From Gemmatimonadota bacterium (GTDB lineage Bacteria; Gemmatimonadota; Gemmatimonadetes; Palauibacterales; Palauibacteraceae), in contig JAGWBR010000006.1 of the NCBI GenBank assembly GCA_021295785.1, positions 17,229 through 81,228 of the forward strand: DNA of 64,000 nt, in the 5' to 3' direction. Shown in pieces: positions 62,252 to 64,000 of the stretch (its first letter is position 1; each line of letters starts with the position of its first letter). The translations under genes were made by a program, and so were the position numbers. The notes beneath the pieces were generated by a model. It was not told the DNA's origin, did not search any database, and saw only the letters and a program-made list of their open reading frames with translations.

Positions 62252-64000
62252 TCAACGCGGGTCAATCTCCGGCAGCCCGGTAGTGAACACCGCAACCTGA
62301 CCAGGCTTGCTGGCCAAGGCCTGCGGGTTCTCCTCGTCGTCGGAGTCCAGATTGTCGTAGTAACCCACAATCATTCCGGTGTCGTCCAGCACCATCACCG
62401 CGGGACGGTGTGAATTCTCGTCCAGGGTGTCCTCGTGGCCATCTGGTCCGGTCACCGTGATGCTGGCCAAGTCCGCCATGTCTTGCGTGACGGGAATGGT
62501 GATCACGAAGCTGGCGCCATCGGCATCGGTGTACTTGGCCGGCTCAAACATCTCATCGATGACCACGGCCCCGGATGCGCTACGCCCGACCAACCGGAAC
62601 TCGCCTCCGGCACCCGGCAACTCCGGCTGCGCGTCAAGCACGAAGGACGGATTCAGAGTAACGGCACCCGTCGCGTCAACCTGGCCCCAAATCATCAGAC
62701 TCTGTTGCCGCTCCATGGACTGCCTCGGCAGCTCGTCATGGTCCAGGAAGCTGCCGTAGATGCGGGACGCGTTGCCCAAGCTGAAGGTGCCAATCCAGGG
62801 GGGTTCGCAGTAACTCATGAGGTCCGGAGTGTCCGGGCCAACCAACTCATTGGTTTCGGAGTTCCAACCCCACGACCCGATGCTCCCGTCCGAAGTCGGG
62901 AAGGCCGGATCCGGCCCCCCGGCGCCACCGCACGGAGCGTGCCACAGACCGAAGTTGTGGCCAAGCTCGTGGGCCAGGGTTACGGTCTCAAAAATCGAGA
63001 GAGCCGTTTTGCTGGGCGCGCCCGCAGCTACACCGGCGAAAGTAAACAGGTGGAACGGGTGTGCGATTCCGACCCAGCGGTATTGCCGAACGACCGGGTC
63101 TTCGTGCGTCAAACGCATGCCCTGGACGAGGTCAAGCAGGGGAAAGCCCCACACGCTGGTTTCGAACTGATCGGTCATGATAAGGTCGAAATCGTTGAAC
63201 GGGAACAGCACCCGCGTGTACCACGAGACATTGTGAGTGTCCCATGCCGCAACCAAACCCGGGACCTGGTCAATCGGCTTGGGTTGGCTATCGTACCCGG
63301 ACTCCTCGAGCGGAACAAACACCAGTCCAAGCGTCCCCTGGTCCTGGACATCCACCGGGAACATCCCCTCGGCGAACATCCCCTCGGCCGGGATACGCGT
63401 GTCGACCTCCAACGAGGGGTCAAGCGCGCCGTCCGGGTCGATGTCGATCACGTACTGCAGGCCCGGCTGGATGTACTCGCCAGGAATGAGCACGTTCTGG
63501 CTCATATCCATGTCGCCCTCATACATCTCCGTCGGGATCGGACCGGCCTTGGCATCCATATCAACCGTGTGGATCTGGTTGCCATCCGAGTCGTAGAAGG
63601 TCGCGGTGACCTTCGGGAGGTTCGCCGAGTTCTCGGCCGCGGCGGCAACGAACACCCTGAGCAGGGCGTCCCGGCCCGCCGAAAGCGGCGCGGGATCCTT
63701 CAACGACTGCACGATCTGGACCAGGTATGCGGCCGACGACATGTCATCGTCAATGCAAAGACTAATGGCGCGGTAGATGATCCCGTAGAACCACTGCAAC
63801 TGCAACAGGTCGCCACTGCTGGAGGCGGCAACACACAGGCCGGTACCCGCCGCCAACAGTGAGTATAACTCCGTCGCACCGGAAATGTCCGGAATGGCGC
63901 CCGTCATGCCGGCGTTACCCGACACGTTGAGGATCTGCAGGCTCGAAAGGTTGCCGAGACTCTCTGGCAAGTTGCCGGTGAAGTTGTTGTCGTGCATCAC
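62252..64000 (-). CDS. Secreted LRR-containing metzincin-type zinc metalloprotease (3' 582 codons; 5' end beyond the window)
   Basis: HELGHNFGLWH (62939-62971) fits HExxHxxGxxH. The window-proximal N-terminal part has LRRs, NNFTGNLPESLGNLSSLQILNVSGNAGMTGAIPD. The ORF is open at 64000. Confidence 0.8.
   Translation of the reverse strand: MMHDNNFTGNLPESLGNLSSLQILNVSGNAGMTGAIPDISGATELYSLLAAGTGLCVAASSSGDLLQLQWFYGIIYRAISLCIDDDMSSAAYLVQIVQSLKDPAPLSAGRDALLRVFVAAAAENSANLPKVTATFYDSDGNQIHTVDMDAKAGPIPTEMYEGDMDMSQNVLIPGEYIQPGLQYVIDIDPDGALDPSLEVDTRIPAEGMFAEGMFPVDVQDQGTLGLVFVPLEESGYDSQPKPIDQVPGLVAAWDTHNVSWYTRVLFPFNDFDLIMTDQFETSVWGFPLLDLVQGMRLTHEDPVVRQYRWVGIAHPFHLFTFAGVAAGAPSKTALSIFETVTLAHELGHNFGLWHAPCGGAGGPDPAFPTSDGSIGSWGWNSETNELVGPDTPDLMSYCEPPWIGTFSLGNASRIYGSFLDHDELPRQSMERQQSLMIWGQVDATGAVTLNPSFVLDAQPELPGAGGEFRLVGRSASGAVVIDEMFEPAKYTDADGASFVITIPVTQDMADLASITVTGPDGHEDTLDENSHRPAVMVLDDTGMIVGYYDNLDSDDEENPQALASKPGQVAVFTTGLPEIDPR
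63359..63388. repeat. Perfect 15-bp tandem duplication inside the metalloprotease gene
   Basis: GAACATCCCCTCGGC occurs twice (63359-63373 and 63374-63388). It encodes AEGMF-AEGMF. Confidence 0.9.

Noticed and set aside
1-64000. CRISPR arrays, tRNA, rRNA, tmRNA, insertion sequences, transposases, toxin-antitoxin pairs and known defence genes.
   Set aside because: Every intergenic gap is 211 nt or shorter. None shows tRNA-like T-arm sequence, spaced direct repeats or terminal inverted repeats. No ORF shows transposase, integrase (other than xerC), nuclease-NTPase or reverse-transcriptase motifs that I could recognise.

Overview
This is a GC-rich chromosomal segment (roughly two-thirds G+C by eye, not computed) with about 60 tightly packed genes. 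I found no rRNA, tRNA, CRISPR array or convincing mobile element. All calls rest on motif and family recognition from the supplied translations plus my own reading of junctions. No searches were run. The gene content points to a diderm bacterium: Kdo transferase, an MsbA-like exporter, a PilQ secretin, System I ccm genes and a TonB-like protein. I cannot assign a lineage.

Layout:
- 1-19.4 kb, all on the minus strand: hslV'-xerC-topA-aroK-aroC, then a complete type IV pilus/competence block. Its order is pilQ, a pilO/pilP fusion, pilN, pilM, three minor pilins, a YfhO-like GT-C membrane protein, pilA, a terminator, a 141-aa unknown, pilC, pilT, pilB and comEA.
- 19.5-30.3 kb, housekeeping: a sulfite-oxidase-family Mo enzyme, a TonB-like protein, tdh, an inserted secreted protein, kbl, rpe, moeB-rhodanese, a signal-less binding protein, serA and a class V aminotransferase.
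- 30.4-32.7 kb: three coupled genes, namely an unknown protein, a ubiquitin-like-patterned small protein, and a DEAD-box homologue with all ATPase motifs degenerate but a retained DbpA RNA-binding domain. This is my best candidate for something undescribed.
- 32.7-46.3 kb: pspA coupled to a Na+/solute symporter, copA, apgM, ccmABCD, a sigma-70 factor with an N-terminal SEC-C-type Cys motif, VKOR-DsbA, and a tail-anchored unknown.
- 46.3-64 kb: gyrA, uvrA, an msbA-like gene, waaA, an aminopeptidase, yggX, leuS, doxX, acs and a partial LRR-metzincin protein.

About 19 gene junctions use 4-nt NTGA start/stop overlaps, often with GTG or TTG starts. I used these overlaps to re-set many starts relative to the ORF track.
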